DNA of 32,000 nucleotides from Dickeya solani IPO 2222 (GTDB lineage Bacteria; Pseudomonadota; Gammaproteobacteria; Enterobacterales; Enterobacteriaceae): NCBI RefSeq assembly GCF_001644705.1, contig NZ_CP015137.1, positions 4,500,001 to 4,532,000 of the forward strand, read 5' to 3'. Shown piece by piece: positions 19,025 to 28,713 of this stretch (position 1 is its first letter; each line of letters starts with the position of its first letter). The notes under the pieces were generated by a model. It saw only the letters and a program-made list of their open reading frames with translations, ran no database searches and was not told where the DNA came from. The position numbers and the translations under genes were made by a program.

Positions 19025-19092
19025 TGGTTTCTCATAGACAATGGTTTCTCAGAAACAATAGTTTCTCATAGATAATGGTTTCTTAAAGACAA
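19025..19092. repeat. 4 x 17-bp head-to-tail tandem repeat (TGGTTTCTCATAGACAA and variants)
   Basis: Copies at 19025..19041, 19042..19058, 19059..19075 and 19076..19092 read TGGTTTCTCATAGACAA, TGGTTTCTCAGAAACAA, TAGTTTCTCATAGATAA and TGGTTTCTTAAAGACAA. Copy 2 contains the perfect palindrome GTTTC-TCA-GAAAC. The array ends 72 nt upstream of the 19165 ATG. Confidence 0.9.
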
Positions 19093-19164
19093 TCTCCGTG
19101 TCCGCAAAGCGTTGTCCACCGGCCCGGCGACCTTTGCTTCTCATGACAGACGTAAGGATATGCG

Positions 19165-19656
19165 ATGAAAATTGATTCTGAAGAATATAACCTGTTAGTC
19201 AATCAGCGCTCTCAGGCAAATAACGCCACTCGCCGTAAGGAAGACACGTCGCCGTTTGCTGCGTTGCTGGCCGCGAATATTAGCGCGTCGTCCCCGACCA
19301 GCCAGTCGACCACGGCTCCCTCCACGCAGGCCGAGACCTATGACTTTACTCGAATGACTCCCACCACCTTGCATGAATCTGTCAATCGCCTGGTTCGCAG
19401 CGGTCAACTGGATCTTGATCAAACGACGCCGCTGGTTGGCATGATGGGCTCGACCGACCTGTCTAACGCTGGCGTAATGGGAACCACCTCGCTGGCTTAT
19501 TCAGAACAGCCTATGAATGTGTTTAATCAATTACAGGAGAACATGGCCGTCGCGTTGTCGCGTAACGATAGCCAAAGCGCGGATGGTCTGCAGCGTACGA
19601 TCGATGCGTTACGACGCTTGCAAGGGCAGACCGTGACGTCCGATGTCCGCGCGTAA
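19165..19656 (+). CDS. Hypothetical protein, 163 aa, with no Cys, no Trp and no signal peptide; Ser/Thr/Gln/Asn-rich
   Basis: Intact ORF with AAGGA 6 nt upstream of the ATG and a strong terminator 70 nt after the stop. I recognise no family. Confidence 0.65.
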   Translation: MKIDSEEYNLLVNQRSQANNATRRKEDTSPFAALLAANISASSPTSQSTTAPSTQAETYDFTRMTPTTLHESVNRLVRSGQLDLDQTTPLVGMMGSTDLSNAGVMGTTSLAYSEQPMNVFNQLQENMAVALSRNDSQSADGLQRTIDALRRLQGQTVTSDVRA

Positions 19657-19724
19657 GCGAGCGGATAATCGCACCGTTCGATTCCGTGATTAAACGTAAA
19701 CGTACTATTTTTGCAGTCGCTCTT

Positions 19725-19768
19725 ATCCATAGTCATGCATGCTGCGGGCTATGGATTTTTTATTTTTC
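19725..19768 (+). terminator. Intrinsic terminator of the 19165..19656 gene
   Basis: ATCCATAGTC...GGCTATGGAT forms a stem of about 10 bp including one G-U pair, with a 12-nt loop, followed by TTTTTTATTTTT. Confidence 0.75.
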
Positions 19769-19806
19769 TAATTTCTGACAATAGCACACTGCGTTTATAT
19801 CGATGT

Positions 19807-19862
19807 CCGGGGTGAGTGAGGGCAGCCAACGCACCGGTCACTCGGAATATGAAGGAGATATT
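19807..19862. repeat. ERIC (enterobacterial repetitive intergenic consensus) core fragment
   Basis: CCGGGGTGAGTGAGGGCAGCCAACGCACCGGTCACTCGGAATATGAAGGAGATA matches the central ERIC core as I recall it (..CTGGGGTGAGCGAGGCAGCCAACGCAC....TTGAAGTATGACGAG..). The terminal inverted repeats of the full ~127-bp element are absent. Confidence 0.6.
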
Positions 19863-19906
19863 TTTAAACCGAGGCTTGCGGGTGGCGAAGTGTATTTTAT
19901 TTAAAT

Positions 19907-19930
19907 TGAACGGCCCGATTGGGCCGTTCA
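19907..19930 (-). terminator. Intrinsic terminator of the 19940..20533 gene
   Basis: TGAACGGCCC-gatt-GGGCCGTTCA forms a 10-bp perfect stem 9 nt after the stop. On the minus strand it is followed by ATTTAAATAAAATA. Confidence 0.6.
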
Positions 19931-19939
19931 GATGGCGTG

Positions 19940-20533
19940 TTATTTAATATAAGTCTGTGTGAACAATGTATTTCTTGGCGCGTTGGTGGATGTGTCCTGG
20001 AATTTGAACTGACCGTTATCAGTCCCGTCCAGATTGTAGTAGTACATCCAGCCAACAACGGTATATCCGGCCGGGCAAGGGAAGGTATATTGATTCCCGA
20101 CAATACAAATGCTGTCAGTTTGATAATTAGCTGTACGAGGCAATATGCCGCCATTCATCCAGGCAATGGGGTTGTTGCCGTAACCAATTTCCTGCACCGC
20201 GACTCTGAGTTGAGCGCCGCCGTGATCACAGGTGGTTGAAAGCTGCCCCAAAGAAGTCATGTATTCCCAGCCGCAGTTTGATGACCCCACCGCATATACG
20301 GTGACTCGGGACAACGCTGGAGCGGGGGCCCGTAAGGCGCCAGAGGTGGAGGAGCGGGACGTGTCTCTGGCCGCAGACAACGGGCTGTTGCTTTCCAGTG
20401 AATCAAACGCCGTCAGACCTAATTCAATCGGCGGGCCTGCTTCATCGGTACTATTGATGGTTTGCGAGTAGCCGGCATGGCTAAAAATTGCTGCGAGTGA
20501 CAATAACAAAGGCAATCCAAATTGCTTTTTCAT
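19940..20533 (-). CDS. Hypothetical exported protein, 197 aa: Sec signal peptide, low-complexity linker, C-terminal 4-Cys domain
   Basis: MKKQFGLPLLLSLAAIFSHA/GYSQ is an SPase-I type signal with no lipobox. GGAGAG lies 6 nt upstream of the ATG at 20533; the ORF-track start at 20545 is rejected. Cys residues sit in SSNCGW, STTCDH, DSICIV and TFPCPAGY. I recognise no family. Confidence 0.7.
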   Translation of the reverse strand: MKKQFGLPLLLSLAAIFSHAGYSQTINSTDEAGPPIELGLTAFDSLESNSPLSAARDTSRSSTSGALRAPAPALSRVTVYAVGSSNCGWEYMTSLGQLSTTCDHGGAQLRVAVQEIGYGNNPIAWMNGGILPRTANYQTDSICIVGNQYTFPCPAGYTVVGWMYYYNLDGTDNGQFKFQDTSTNAPRNTLFTQTYIK

Positions 20534-20585
20534 AACACTCTCCATAAATGATTTTTTAATTAATGCCTGTGTGGCATCGGTGGTG

Positions 20586-20614
20586 AGTATAAATAACCAT
20601 ATTTAGTTTGTAAA
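20586..20614 (-). promoter_or_regulatory. Candidate sigma70 promoter of the exported-protein gene (-35 TTTACA, 17 nt spacer, -10 TATACT)
   Basis: Minus strand reads TTTACA-AACTAAATATGGTTATT-TATACT, about 55 nt upstream of the ATG at 20533. Confidence 0.5.
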
Positions 20615-20971
20615 TAAATCGAAATATTTGTTTTTAATTGTTTTGATTTTATTTTTTTGAATTAATTTATTTGAATTGATTTTTTTAAAAATCAATTAAG
20701 ATATATTTTTTATAAAATAATTTTGTTGATCATCTTAAATGAGACTGCGCCTGTGCTGGCGGTGTTTTCCATTCAGGCATTATGCGTGTTGCCCGGCATC
20801 AACCTAATCTTTGGGCGGGTATAGAAGAACCTGTGATGATTGGGCATTCAACGAATCAGAATGACCGGAATACACAATAACGAGAATCACGCTGTGATGC
20901 CCGCTGTATGCATTGAGGGAAACGCCGGGAACGGCCCGCATCAGCAGGTACCGCCCGGCGGGATTCGGGTG

Positions 20972-21241
20972 TTAATCGATTAACTGGTATTTTTCCGACA
21001 AAACCTGCGCCAGGTATTTGAACATGTTGAACACCGCCGTGGTCTTGTGCGTCGGCAATCCATCATCGTCGAGAAAGTATTCGCCACGGAACACCAGCAC
21101 GCCGTTCTTTTGTTCTACCGCATTGGCCACCATGCCGTGCAGGTGGTCTTCGTGGTTTTTAATCAGCGCATTGGCTTCCACCAGCAGGGCTTCACGACCA
21201 ATTGGCGTTTTTTCTTCATTTATGTATGTAAAACCAGACAT
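20972..21241 (-). CDS. yciN: YciN (DUF2498) protein
   Basis: ...[44 protein letters not shown] aligns with E. coli YciN (...[44 protein letters not shown]). Divergent from topA, as in E. coli. Confidence 0.92.
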   Translation of the reverse strand: MSGFTYINEEKTPIGREALLVEANALIKNHEDHLHGMVANAVEQKNGVLVFRGEYFLDDDGLPTHKTTAVFNMFKYLAQVLSEKYQLID

Positions 21242-21682
21242 GGAATTTTTCTCCTGCAGATAACCCTTATTTTACTGGCGCTATTGTAGCGCCTGAACGG
21301 AATTTATCGCAAACTGACTGATTTTTAGTCTCCTGTGTGCCGATAAACACGAGAGTAACGATTGGCGAAAACGGGTTTTACATGCTAATTAGGTTGCGTG
21401 GTGTTATTTATCAGGTAGAGTGTGGGATTTTGCATCGTCAAGCGGAATAATTGCTTTGCGCCGGGACGGAACCGGTTACCGCAAAGGGCAGTGCAGTAAA
21501 CGAATAATCCTGAATGATCATAGGGTTGCGACGCGGTGAATGCGTGCGGCGCGCCGTCGACGCACCAACAGAACGATTTTCCCGCAACCATGATGGTTCA
21601 GGCTACGCCGGCTGAAAAGCCAGAGCGAATAACTGAGAAAATTTCTTCTTTTTTCAAAGAATTCAGTAGGTAACAATATATT

Positions 21683-24286
21683 ATGGGTAAAGCTCTCGTT
21701 ATCGTCGAGTCCCCGGCAAAAGCCAAAACGATTAATAAGTACCTTGGCAATGATTTCGTGGTGAAATCCAGCGTGGGGCATGTACGCGACTTGCCGACCA
21801 GCGGCTCCGGTTCGGCGAGCAAAAAAAGCACTGAGGCCAACGGCGAGAAAGCCAAAAAAGCGGTCAAGAAAGATGAGAAAACCGCCTTGGTCAACCGTAT
21901 GGGGGTGGATCCCTATCGCGGCTGGCAGGCTAACTATGAGATCCTGCCCGGCAAGGAAAAAGTGGTATCGGAACTGAAAGCGCTGGCGCAGAACGCTGAT
22001 CACGTCTATCTCGCAACCGACCTTGACCGCGAAGGGGAAGCCATTGCCTGGCACCTGCGGGAAATCATCGGTGGTGACGACAAACGGTTCAGCCGCGTGG
22101 TGTTCAACGAGATCACCAAAAATGCCATTCGTCAGGCGTTCGAGAATCCGGGCGAACTGAATGTCAACCGTGTCAACGCCCAGCAGGCGCGCCGTTTTAT
22201 GGACCGCGTGGTGGGTTACATGGTGTCACCGCTGTTGTGGAAAAAGATTGCCCGTGGGCTGTCCGCCGGGCGCGTACAGTCGGTGGCGGTACGTCTGGTG
22301 GTGGAACGCGAGCGCGAAATCAAAGCGTTTGTGCCGGAAGAATACTGGGAATTGCACGCCGATCTGGTGGCGAACCCGGAAATCGCGTTGCAGATGCAGG
22401 TAACACATCACAACGGCAAACCGTTCCGGCCGGTGAATCAAGCACAGACGCAGGCAGCGGTCAGCCTGCTGGAAAAAGCCAGTTATGTGGTGGCAGAGCG
22501 GGAAGACAAACCGACCAGCAGCAAGCCGGGCGCGCCGTTCATTACCTCTACGCTACAACAGGCCGCGAGCACCCGACTGGGCTTTGGTGTGAAAAAGACC
22601 ATGATGATGGCGCAGCGGTTGTATGAAGCCGGCCATATCACTTACATGCGTACCGACTCCACCAACCTGAGTCAGGATGCGTTGGCGATGGCGCGCGACT
22701 ATATCCAGGGTGAATTCGGCAAACGCTATCTACCGGAAGCGGCCACTCTTTACACCAGCAAGGAAAACTCGCAGGAAGCGCACGAAGCCATTCGTCCTTC
22801 CGACGTGAATGTGCTGGCCGACCAACTCAAAGATATGGAAGCGGATGCGCAAAAGCTGTATCAGCTGATTTGGCGTCAATTTGTGGCCTGTCAGATGATG
22901 CCGGCTCAATATGATTCCACCACGCTGGTGGTCAGCGCCGGCGACTATCAACTGCGAGCCAAAGGGCGCACCCTCCGCTTCGACGGCTGGACCAAAGTGA
23001 TGCCAGCGCTGCGCAAAGGTGATGAAGACCGCACGCTGCCGGCCGCCGAGGTGGGGCAACCCCTGTCGCTGGAAAAATTGCTTCCAAGCCAACACTTTAC
23101 CAAGCCGTCGGCACGTTACAGCGAAGCGTCGCTGGTCAAGGAACTGGAAAAGCGCGGTATCGGCCGTCCTTCCACGTATGCCGCCATCATCTCCACCATT
23201 CAGGATCGTGGTTATGTGCGGGTGGAAAACCGCCGTTTCTACGCGGAGAAGATGGGGGAGATCGTTACCGATCGGCTGGAGGATAACTTCCGCGAGCTGA
23301 TGAACTACGATTTTACCGCTCGTATGGAAAACAGCCTCGATCTGGTGGCGAACAGCCAGGCCGAGTGGAAAGCGGTGCTGGATGAATTCTTCGCCGAATT
23401 CAGCAAACAGCTGGAAACCGCTGAGCTGGAGCCGGACGAGGGCGGCATGAAGCCGAACCAGATGGTGCTGACCAGCATTGATTGTCCGACCTGCGGTCGC
23501 AAAATGGGTATTCGTACCGCCAGCACCGGGGTGTTCCTCGGTTGTTCCGGTTACGCGCTGCCGCCCAAAGAGCGCTGCAAAACCACCATCAACCTGATTC
23601 CGGAAGAGGAAGTGTTGAATGTGTTGGAAGGCGATGAGGCGGAAACCAATGCGCTGCGTGCCCGTCGCCGCTGCTCGAAATGCGGCACGGCGATGGACAG
23701 CTACCTGATCGACAATCAGCGCAAACTGCACGTGTGCGGTAACAACCCGTCCTGCGATGGTTACGAGATCGAACAAGGCGAGTTCCGGCTCAAGGGTTAT
23801 GACGGCCCGGTGGTGGAATGCGAGAAGTGCAGCTCGGAAATGCACCTGAAAATGGGGCGTTTCGGCAAATATATGGCCTGTACCAACGAAAGCTGCGGCA
23901 ATACCCGCAAAATTCTGCGTAACGGGGAAGTGGCGCCGCCGAAAGAAGATCCGGTGCCATTGCCGGAGCTGCCGTGCGAGAAATCCGACGCTTATTTTGT
24001 GCTGCGCGATGGCGCCGCCGGCGTGTTCCTGGCGGCTAATACCTTCCCGAAATCGCGGGAAACCCGCGCGCCGTTGGTGGAAGAACTGGCGCGTTTCCGC
24101 GATCGTTTGCCGGAGAAATTACGCTATCTGGCCGAGGCGCCGGTGGCCGACCCGGAAGGCAACAAAACGCTGGTGCGCTTCAGCCGCAAAACCAAACAGC
24201 AGTATGTTTCCTCTGAAAAAGAGGGTAAAGCTACCGGATGGTCGGCATTTTATGTGGACGGCAAGTGGGTGGAAAGCAGTCGCTAA
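21683..24286 (+). CDS. topA: DNA topoisomerase I
   Basis: 867 aa. [22 protein letters not shown]... (Toprim), ...YITYMRTDS... (active-site Tyr) and C-terminal Zn-ribbon repeats ([24 protein letters not shown]). Colinear with E. coli TopA (865 aa). Confidence 0.98.
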   Translation: MGKALVIVESPAKAKTINKYLGNDFVVKSSVGHVRDLPTSGSGSASKKSTEANGEKAKKAVKKDEKTALVNRMGVDPYRGWQANYEILPGKEKVVSELKALAQNADHVYLATDLDREGEAIAWHLREIIGGDDKRFSRVVFNEITKNAIRQAFENPGELNVNRVNAQQARRFMDRVVGYMVSPLLWKKIARGLSAGRVQSVAVRLVVEREREIKAFVPEEYWELHADLVANPEIALQMQVTHHNGKPFRPVNQAQTQAAVSLLEKASYVVAEREDKPTSSKPGAPFITSTLQQAASTRLGFGVKKTMMMAQRLYEAGHITYMRTDSTNLSQDALAMARDYIQGEFGKRYLPEAATLYTSKENSQEAHEAIRPSDVNVLADQLKDMEADAQKLYQLIWRQFVACQMMPAQYDSTTLVVSAGDYQLRAKGRTLRFDGWTKVMPALRKGDEDRTLPAAEVGQPLSLEKLLPSQHFTKPSARYSEASLVKELEKRGIGRPSTYAAIISTIQDRGYVRVENRRFYAEKMGEIVTDRLEDNFRELMNYDFTARMENSLDLVANSQAEWKAVLDEFFAEFSKQLETAELEPDEGGMKPNQMVLTSIDCPTCGRKMGIRTASTGVFLGCSGYALPPKERCKTTINLIPEEEVLNVLEGDEAETNALRARRRCSKCGTAMDSYLIDNQRKLHVCGNNPSCDGYEIEQGEFRLKGYDGPVVECEKCSSEMHLKMGRFGKYMACTNESCGNTRKILRNGEVAPPKEDPVPLPELPCEKSDAYFVLRDGAAGVFLAANTFPKSRETRAPLVEELARFRDRLPEKLRYLAEAPVADPEGNKTLVRFSRKTKQQYVSSEKEGKATGWSAFYVDGKWVESSR

Positions 24287-24345
24287 TTACGCCGATAATT
24301 GACTAAAACCGCATTTTTTCCATTTGTTAGCGGTTACATTACGTT

Positions 24346-24373
24346 AAGCCAGCCTGCATAGGCTGGCTTTTTT
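24346..24373 (+). terminator. Intrinsic terminator of topA
   Basis: AAGCCAGCCT-gcat-AGGCTGGCTT forms a 10-bp stem that runs into TTTTTT. Confidence 0.85.
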
Positions 24374-24619
24374 GATCCATGAACCATGAATATCATCCGC
24401 CGGCAGCCGATAACAAAAAAGGAAATAAAAACCCGTTTTCCAGTACCAGTACTGTCTAAGTAATACAGGAAGTGGTTATATAAAATATTTTTTTATGATT
24501 AAATGGCATTTAAGTGACGGAAATCTATACCGTTGCATTGAGCTGTCGTCCGCTTGTCAACGCAGATAACGTCAACAATACAGATGCCGCCGCGCATGAC
24601 ATATTACGGAATGGGATAA

Positions 24620-25597
<978 letters not shown>

Positions 25598-25627
25598 TGC
25601 GTCCGTTTTACTCTAGGCATGATGCAG

Positions 25628-25653
25628 CAAGGGCAGGTGAGAACCTGCCCTTG
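25628..25653. terminator. Hairpin between convergent cysB (+) and nth (-)
   Basis: CAAGGGCAGGT-gaga-ACCTGCCCTTG forms an 11-bp perfect stem. There is no strong U-tract on either side. Confidence 0.6.
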
Positions 25654-25692
25654 TCATTACGGAATAGAATTACGGAATAAAAAAGACGTCGG

Positions 25693-26328
25693 TCAGATGT
25701 CGACCTTTTCCTTATATTCGCACAGGTCTTCTATCAGGCAGGCGCCGCAGCGCGGCTTACGGGCGACACAGGTATAACGGCCGTGCAGAATCAGCCAGTG
25801 GTGACAGTCGACCTTGAATTCCGCCGGGACGTATTTCAGCAATTTTTCTTCCACCTGTTCGACGGTTTTGCCCGGTGCAAAGAGGGTTCGATTGCAGACG
25901 CGAAAGATATGGGTATCCACCGCGATGGTTGGCCAGCCAAAGGCGGTGTTCAGCACCACGTTGGCGGTTTTACGCCCGACGCCGGGCAGGGCTTCCAGCG
26001 CGGCGCGATCTTCCGGCACCTGGCCCTGATGTTGATCCAGCAGGATGCGGCAGGTTTTGATGATGTTTTCAGCCTTGCTGTTGAACAGCCCGATGGTCTT
26101 GATATACGCCTTCACGCCGTCCACGCCTAAATCCAGCATCCCCTGCGGCGTATTCGCCACCGGATAGAGCTTTTCCGTGGCCTTGTTAACGCTGACGTCG
26201 GTGGCCTGCGCGGACAGCAGCACCGAAATGAGCAGCTCAAACGGCGAACTGAATTTCAGTTCGGTGGTCGGATGCGGGTTGTTGTCTCGCAGGCGGCTAA
26301 GAATGGCAATCCGTTTCTCTTTGTTCAT
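25693..26328 (-). CDS. nth: Endonuclease III
   Basis: 211 aa with the HhH-GPD motif (...LPGVGRKTANVVL...) and the C-terminal 4Fe-4S cluster C-x6-C-x2-C-x5-C (CVARKPRCGACLIEDLC). Same length as E. coli Nth. Confidence 0.97.
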   Translation of the reverse strand: MNKEKRIAILSRLRDNNPHPTTELKFSSPFELLISVLLSAQATDVSVNKATEKLYPVANTPQGMLDLGVDGVKAYIKTIGLFNSKAENIIKTCRILLDQHQGQVPEDRAALEALPGVGRKTANVVLNTAFGWPTIAVDTHIFRVCNRTLFAPGKTVEQVEEKLLKYVPAEFKVDCHHWLILHGRYTCVARKPRCGACLIEDLCEYKEKVDI

Positions 26329-26329
26329 A

Positions 26330-27022
26330 TTATTCCGTCAGCGTAGATGAGCCAAGGGGCGACAACCGCACCGTACGGGCACGGCGCTGTTTGCGTTTTT
26401 CGTCGATGAGATATTTGGCTGCCAGCAGCATCCCCAGCCCGATAAAGGCGCCGGGCGGCAGAATCATCAGCAGGAACGGCGAATCCATGTGTACCACTTC
26501 GACCCGTAATACCCGCGCCCAACTGCCCAGCAACAGGTCGGCGCCGTCAAACAGCGTGCCATTGCCGAGGATCTCTCTTATCGCGCCCAGCACAAACAGC
26601 GCACTGGTGGCGCCCAGCCCCATGAACAGGCCGTCCAGCGCCGACAGCATCGCCGTGTTTTTCGACGCGAAGGCTTCCGCGCGCCCAATCACGATACAGT
26701 TGGTGACGATCAGCGGGATAAAAATCCCCAGCGATTGATACAGGCCGTAGGCGTAAGCGTTGATCAGCATCTGCACGATGGTGACCACCGAGGCGATCAG
26801 TAAGACGTAAATCGGAATGCGGATTTCGTCCGGCACCCAGCGGCGCAGCGCGGAAACGGCAATATTGGTGCATGTTAGCACCAGCGTGGTGGCAAGCCCC
26901 AGTCCGAGTGCATTGGTGGCGGTAGATGTCACCGCCAGCAGCGGACACAACCCCAGCAATTGCACCAGTGCAGAGTTGTTTTTCCACAGTCCCTGCAAGG
27001 CTAGTTCTTTGGTCTGGTTCAT
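26330..27022 (-). CDS. rsxE: Ion-translocating oxidoreductase complex subunit E
   Basis: ...[37 protein letters not shown]... is colinear with E. coli RsxE. The start overlaps the rsxG stop (ATGA). Confidence 0.96.
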   Translation of the reverse strand: MNQTKELALQGLWKNNSALVQLLGLCPLLAVTSTATNALGLGLATTLVLTCTNIAVSALRRWVPDEIRIPIYVLLIASVVTIVQMLINAYAYGLYQSLGIFIPLIVTNCIVIGRAEAFASKNTAMLSALDGLFMGLGATSALFVLGAIREILGNGTLFDGADLLLGSWARVLRVEVVHMDSPFLLMILPPGAFIGLGMLLAAKYLIDEKRKQRRARTVRLSPLGSSTLTE

Positions 27023-27651
27023 GGTTTATCTCCACATGGCGTCAGGGTGGACAGCCGCGGCGGCAAGGTTTGTAAAAACAGGGCGCCGCGTTTCACCGCA
27101 TTGACGACCGCACGCGGGGTGATGGTAGCGCCGGTAAACTGATCAAACTGACCGCCGTCTTTTTTCACCGCCCAACGGCTATCCTGCGGACCGGTGATGG
27201 TTTGCCCGGTAAAACGCGTTATCCAGTCGGAAATGCGGATATCGATCTTGTCGCCCAATCCGGGCGTTTCATGATGTTCGGTGACCCGCGTGCCCAGCAC
27301 GGTACCATGAAAGTCTGCGCCAATCAGCAGATGGATCGCGCCGGAATAACCGTCAGGCGCGGTGCTTTCCAACGCGGCGGCGACCGGCGCGCCGTCGTGG
27401 CGGGCAATGTACACGCGATGTGGCGAGGCGGATCCCAGCGCCGGGTCGCTCACCAGATAGCACTCGCTGAGCAGATCGTTGTTATAGCGCTCGGCAGGGA
27501 GCACCTGGTCCAGCAGCGCGCGTTGCTGCGCGATAACCTGCTGCGAAATGGTTTTTTCGGTCAGGGCGTTAACCAGTGCGGTCAGCCCGGTGGTAAAGGC
27601 GGCAAACAGCGCCAGCGTGGTGGCGTGGCGGCGCATGGTGGTCAGCAGCAT
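27019..27651 (-). CDS. rsxG: Ion-translocating oxidoreductase complex subunit G (FMN-binding)
   Basis: ...[39 protein letters not shown]... contains the FMN-attachment motif, with ...[14 protein letters not shown]... further on. Colinear with E. coli RsxG. Confidence 0.96.
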   Translation of the reverse strand: MLLTTMRRHATTLALFAAFTTGLTALVNALTEKTISQQVIAQQRALLDQVLPAERYNNDLLSECYLVSDPALGSASPHRVYIARHDGAPVAAALESTAPDGYSGAIHLLIGADFHGTVLGTRVTEHHETPGLGDKIDIRISDWITRFTGQTITGPQDSRWAVKKDGGQFDQFTGATITPRAVVNAVKRGALFLQTLPPRLSTLTPCGDKP

Positions 27652-27660
27652 AATCCGTCC

Positions 27661-28713
27661 TTAGCGATGGCCGTAAGCGCGCGGTTTGGTGAAGTAATCA
27701 ATCAACGGCACGGTAATGTTGGCCAACAGCACGGCGAAAGCCACGCCGTCAGGGTAACCGCCGTAGGTGCGGATGGTCCATACCAGCACGCCGATCAACG
27801 CACCGAAAATCAGGCGACCTCTGGGCGTGGTGGAGGCGGTAACCGGGTCGGTGGCGATGAAGAATGCCCCCAGCATGGTCGCGCCGGAAAACAGGTGCAG
27901 CAGCGGCGGGGCGCTGACGTCCGGATGCAGATACCAACCCGCCAGCGCGCATGCCGACAACGCCAGCAGGAAGCTGAACGGTATCTGCCAGTGGATAACC
28001 CGCAACAACAGCATAAACAGGCCGCCGGCCAGAAAAGCCAGATTAATCCATTGCCAGCCTAGCCCGGCCAATACGCCGCCAAATAACGGCTGATGCAGTA
28101 ACACATCGGGTTGATGACCGCTGCGCAGACCGGTTTTGAATGCATCCAGCGGCGTGGCCTGACTGACGCCATCCACTCCCTGAATCAGTTGTTGGATCGT
28201 CTGGCCCGCCGTTCCGTGCCCGGAGAAGATCGCCGACAGCGCATCTGGGAACCCGACCGGCGCGGCTTGCAGTCCGTCTGGCGGTAGCCAACTGGTCATC
28301 TGAACCGGAAAGGAAATCAGCAGCACCACATAGCCGATCATCGCCGGATTGAACGGGTTTTGCCCCAGTCCACCATACAGCTGCTTGGCGATAATAATGG
28401 CGAAGAGGGTGCCTAATACCACCATCCACCAGGGCGTAAACGGCGGCAGACTGATGGCCAGCAGAACTGCCGTCAGCAGGGCGGAACTGTCCTGCAGCGT
28501 TTCCAGCACCGGGCGTTTTCGCAATGACAATATCGCCGCTTCGGTAACGAGCGCGGTGACGCTGGCCAGCGCCAGCTGGATCAGGTTGCCGTAACCGAAA
28601 AACCAGGCTTGCGCCGCGATGCCGGGTACACAGGCGGCCAGAACCCAGCGCATAATATTGCGGGTGGACTGGCGGTTATGGGTAAACGGTGAGGGTGCGA
28701 TTCTGAAAGCCAT
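27661..28713 (-). CDS. rsxD: Ion-translocating oxidoreductase complex subunit D
   Basis: 350-aa polytopic membrane protein, NqrB/RnfD family (...[12 protein letters not shown]..., ...[16 protein letters not shown]...). The ATG directly follows the rsxC TAA. Confidence 0.96.
   Translation of the reverse strand: MAFRIAPSPFTHNRQSTRNIMRWVLAACVPGIAAQAWFFGYGNLIQLALASVTALVTEAAILSLRKRPVLETLQDSSALLTAVLLAISLPPFTPWWMVVLGTLFAIIIAKQLYGGLGQNPFNPAMIGYVVLLISFPVQMTSWLPPDGLQAAPVGFPDALSAIFSGHGTAGQTIQQLIQGVDGVSQATPLDAFKTGLRSGHQPDVLLHQPLFGGVLAGLGWQWINLAFLAGGLFMLLLRVIHWQIPFSFLLALSACALAGWYLHPDVSAPPLLHLFSGATMLGAFFIATDPVTASTTPRGRLIFGALIGVLVWTIRTYGGYPDGVAFAVLLANITVPLIDYFTKPRAYGHR

Noticed and set aside
19025-19092. 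Possibility that the 17-bp repeats (here and at 1521..1580) are a CRISPR array
   Set aside because: The repeats abut with no spacers, the units are too short, and there are no cas genes in the window.
20760-20970. About 200 bp of normal-GC DNA between the AT-rich tract and the yciN stop, with 31-33-codon ORFs on both strands
   Set aside because: The ORFs lack Shine-Dalgarno sequences and have no recognisable features. This is more likely the yciN 3' region or a decayed remnant.
21385-22054. 68-, 98- and 178-aa - strand ORFs upstream of and overlapping the topA start
   Set aside because: They overlap the topA 5' end in antisense or lie in its multi-promoter leader. No RBS or homology is recognised.
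22730-23845. 371-aa ORF on the - strand
   Set aside because: It is antisense to topA and has the same shadow-frame composition (His/Arg/Gly-rich). The topA frame is unambiguous.
27202-28062. 286-aa ORF on the + strand spanning the rsxG/rsxD junction
   Set aside because: It is antisense to two well-supported rsx genes and is low-complexity, rich in Gly, Arg and Gln.
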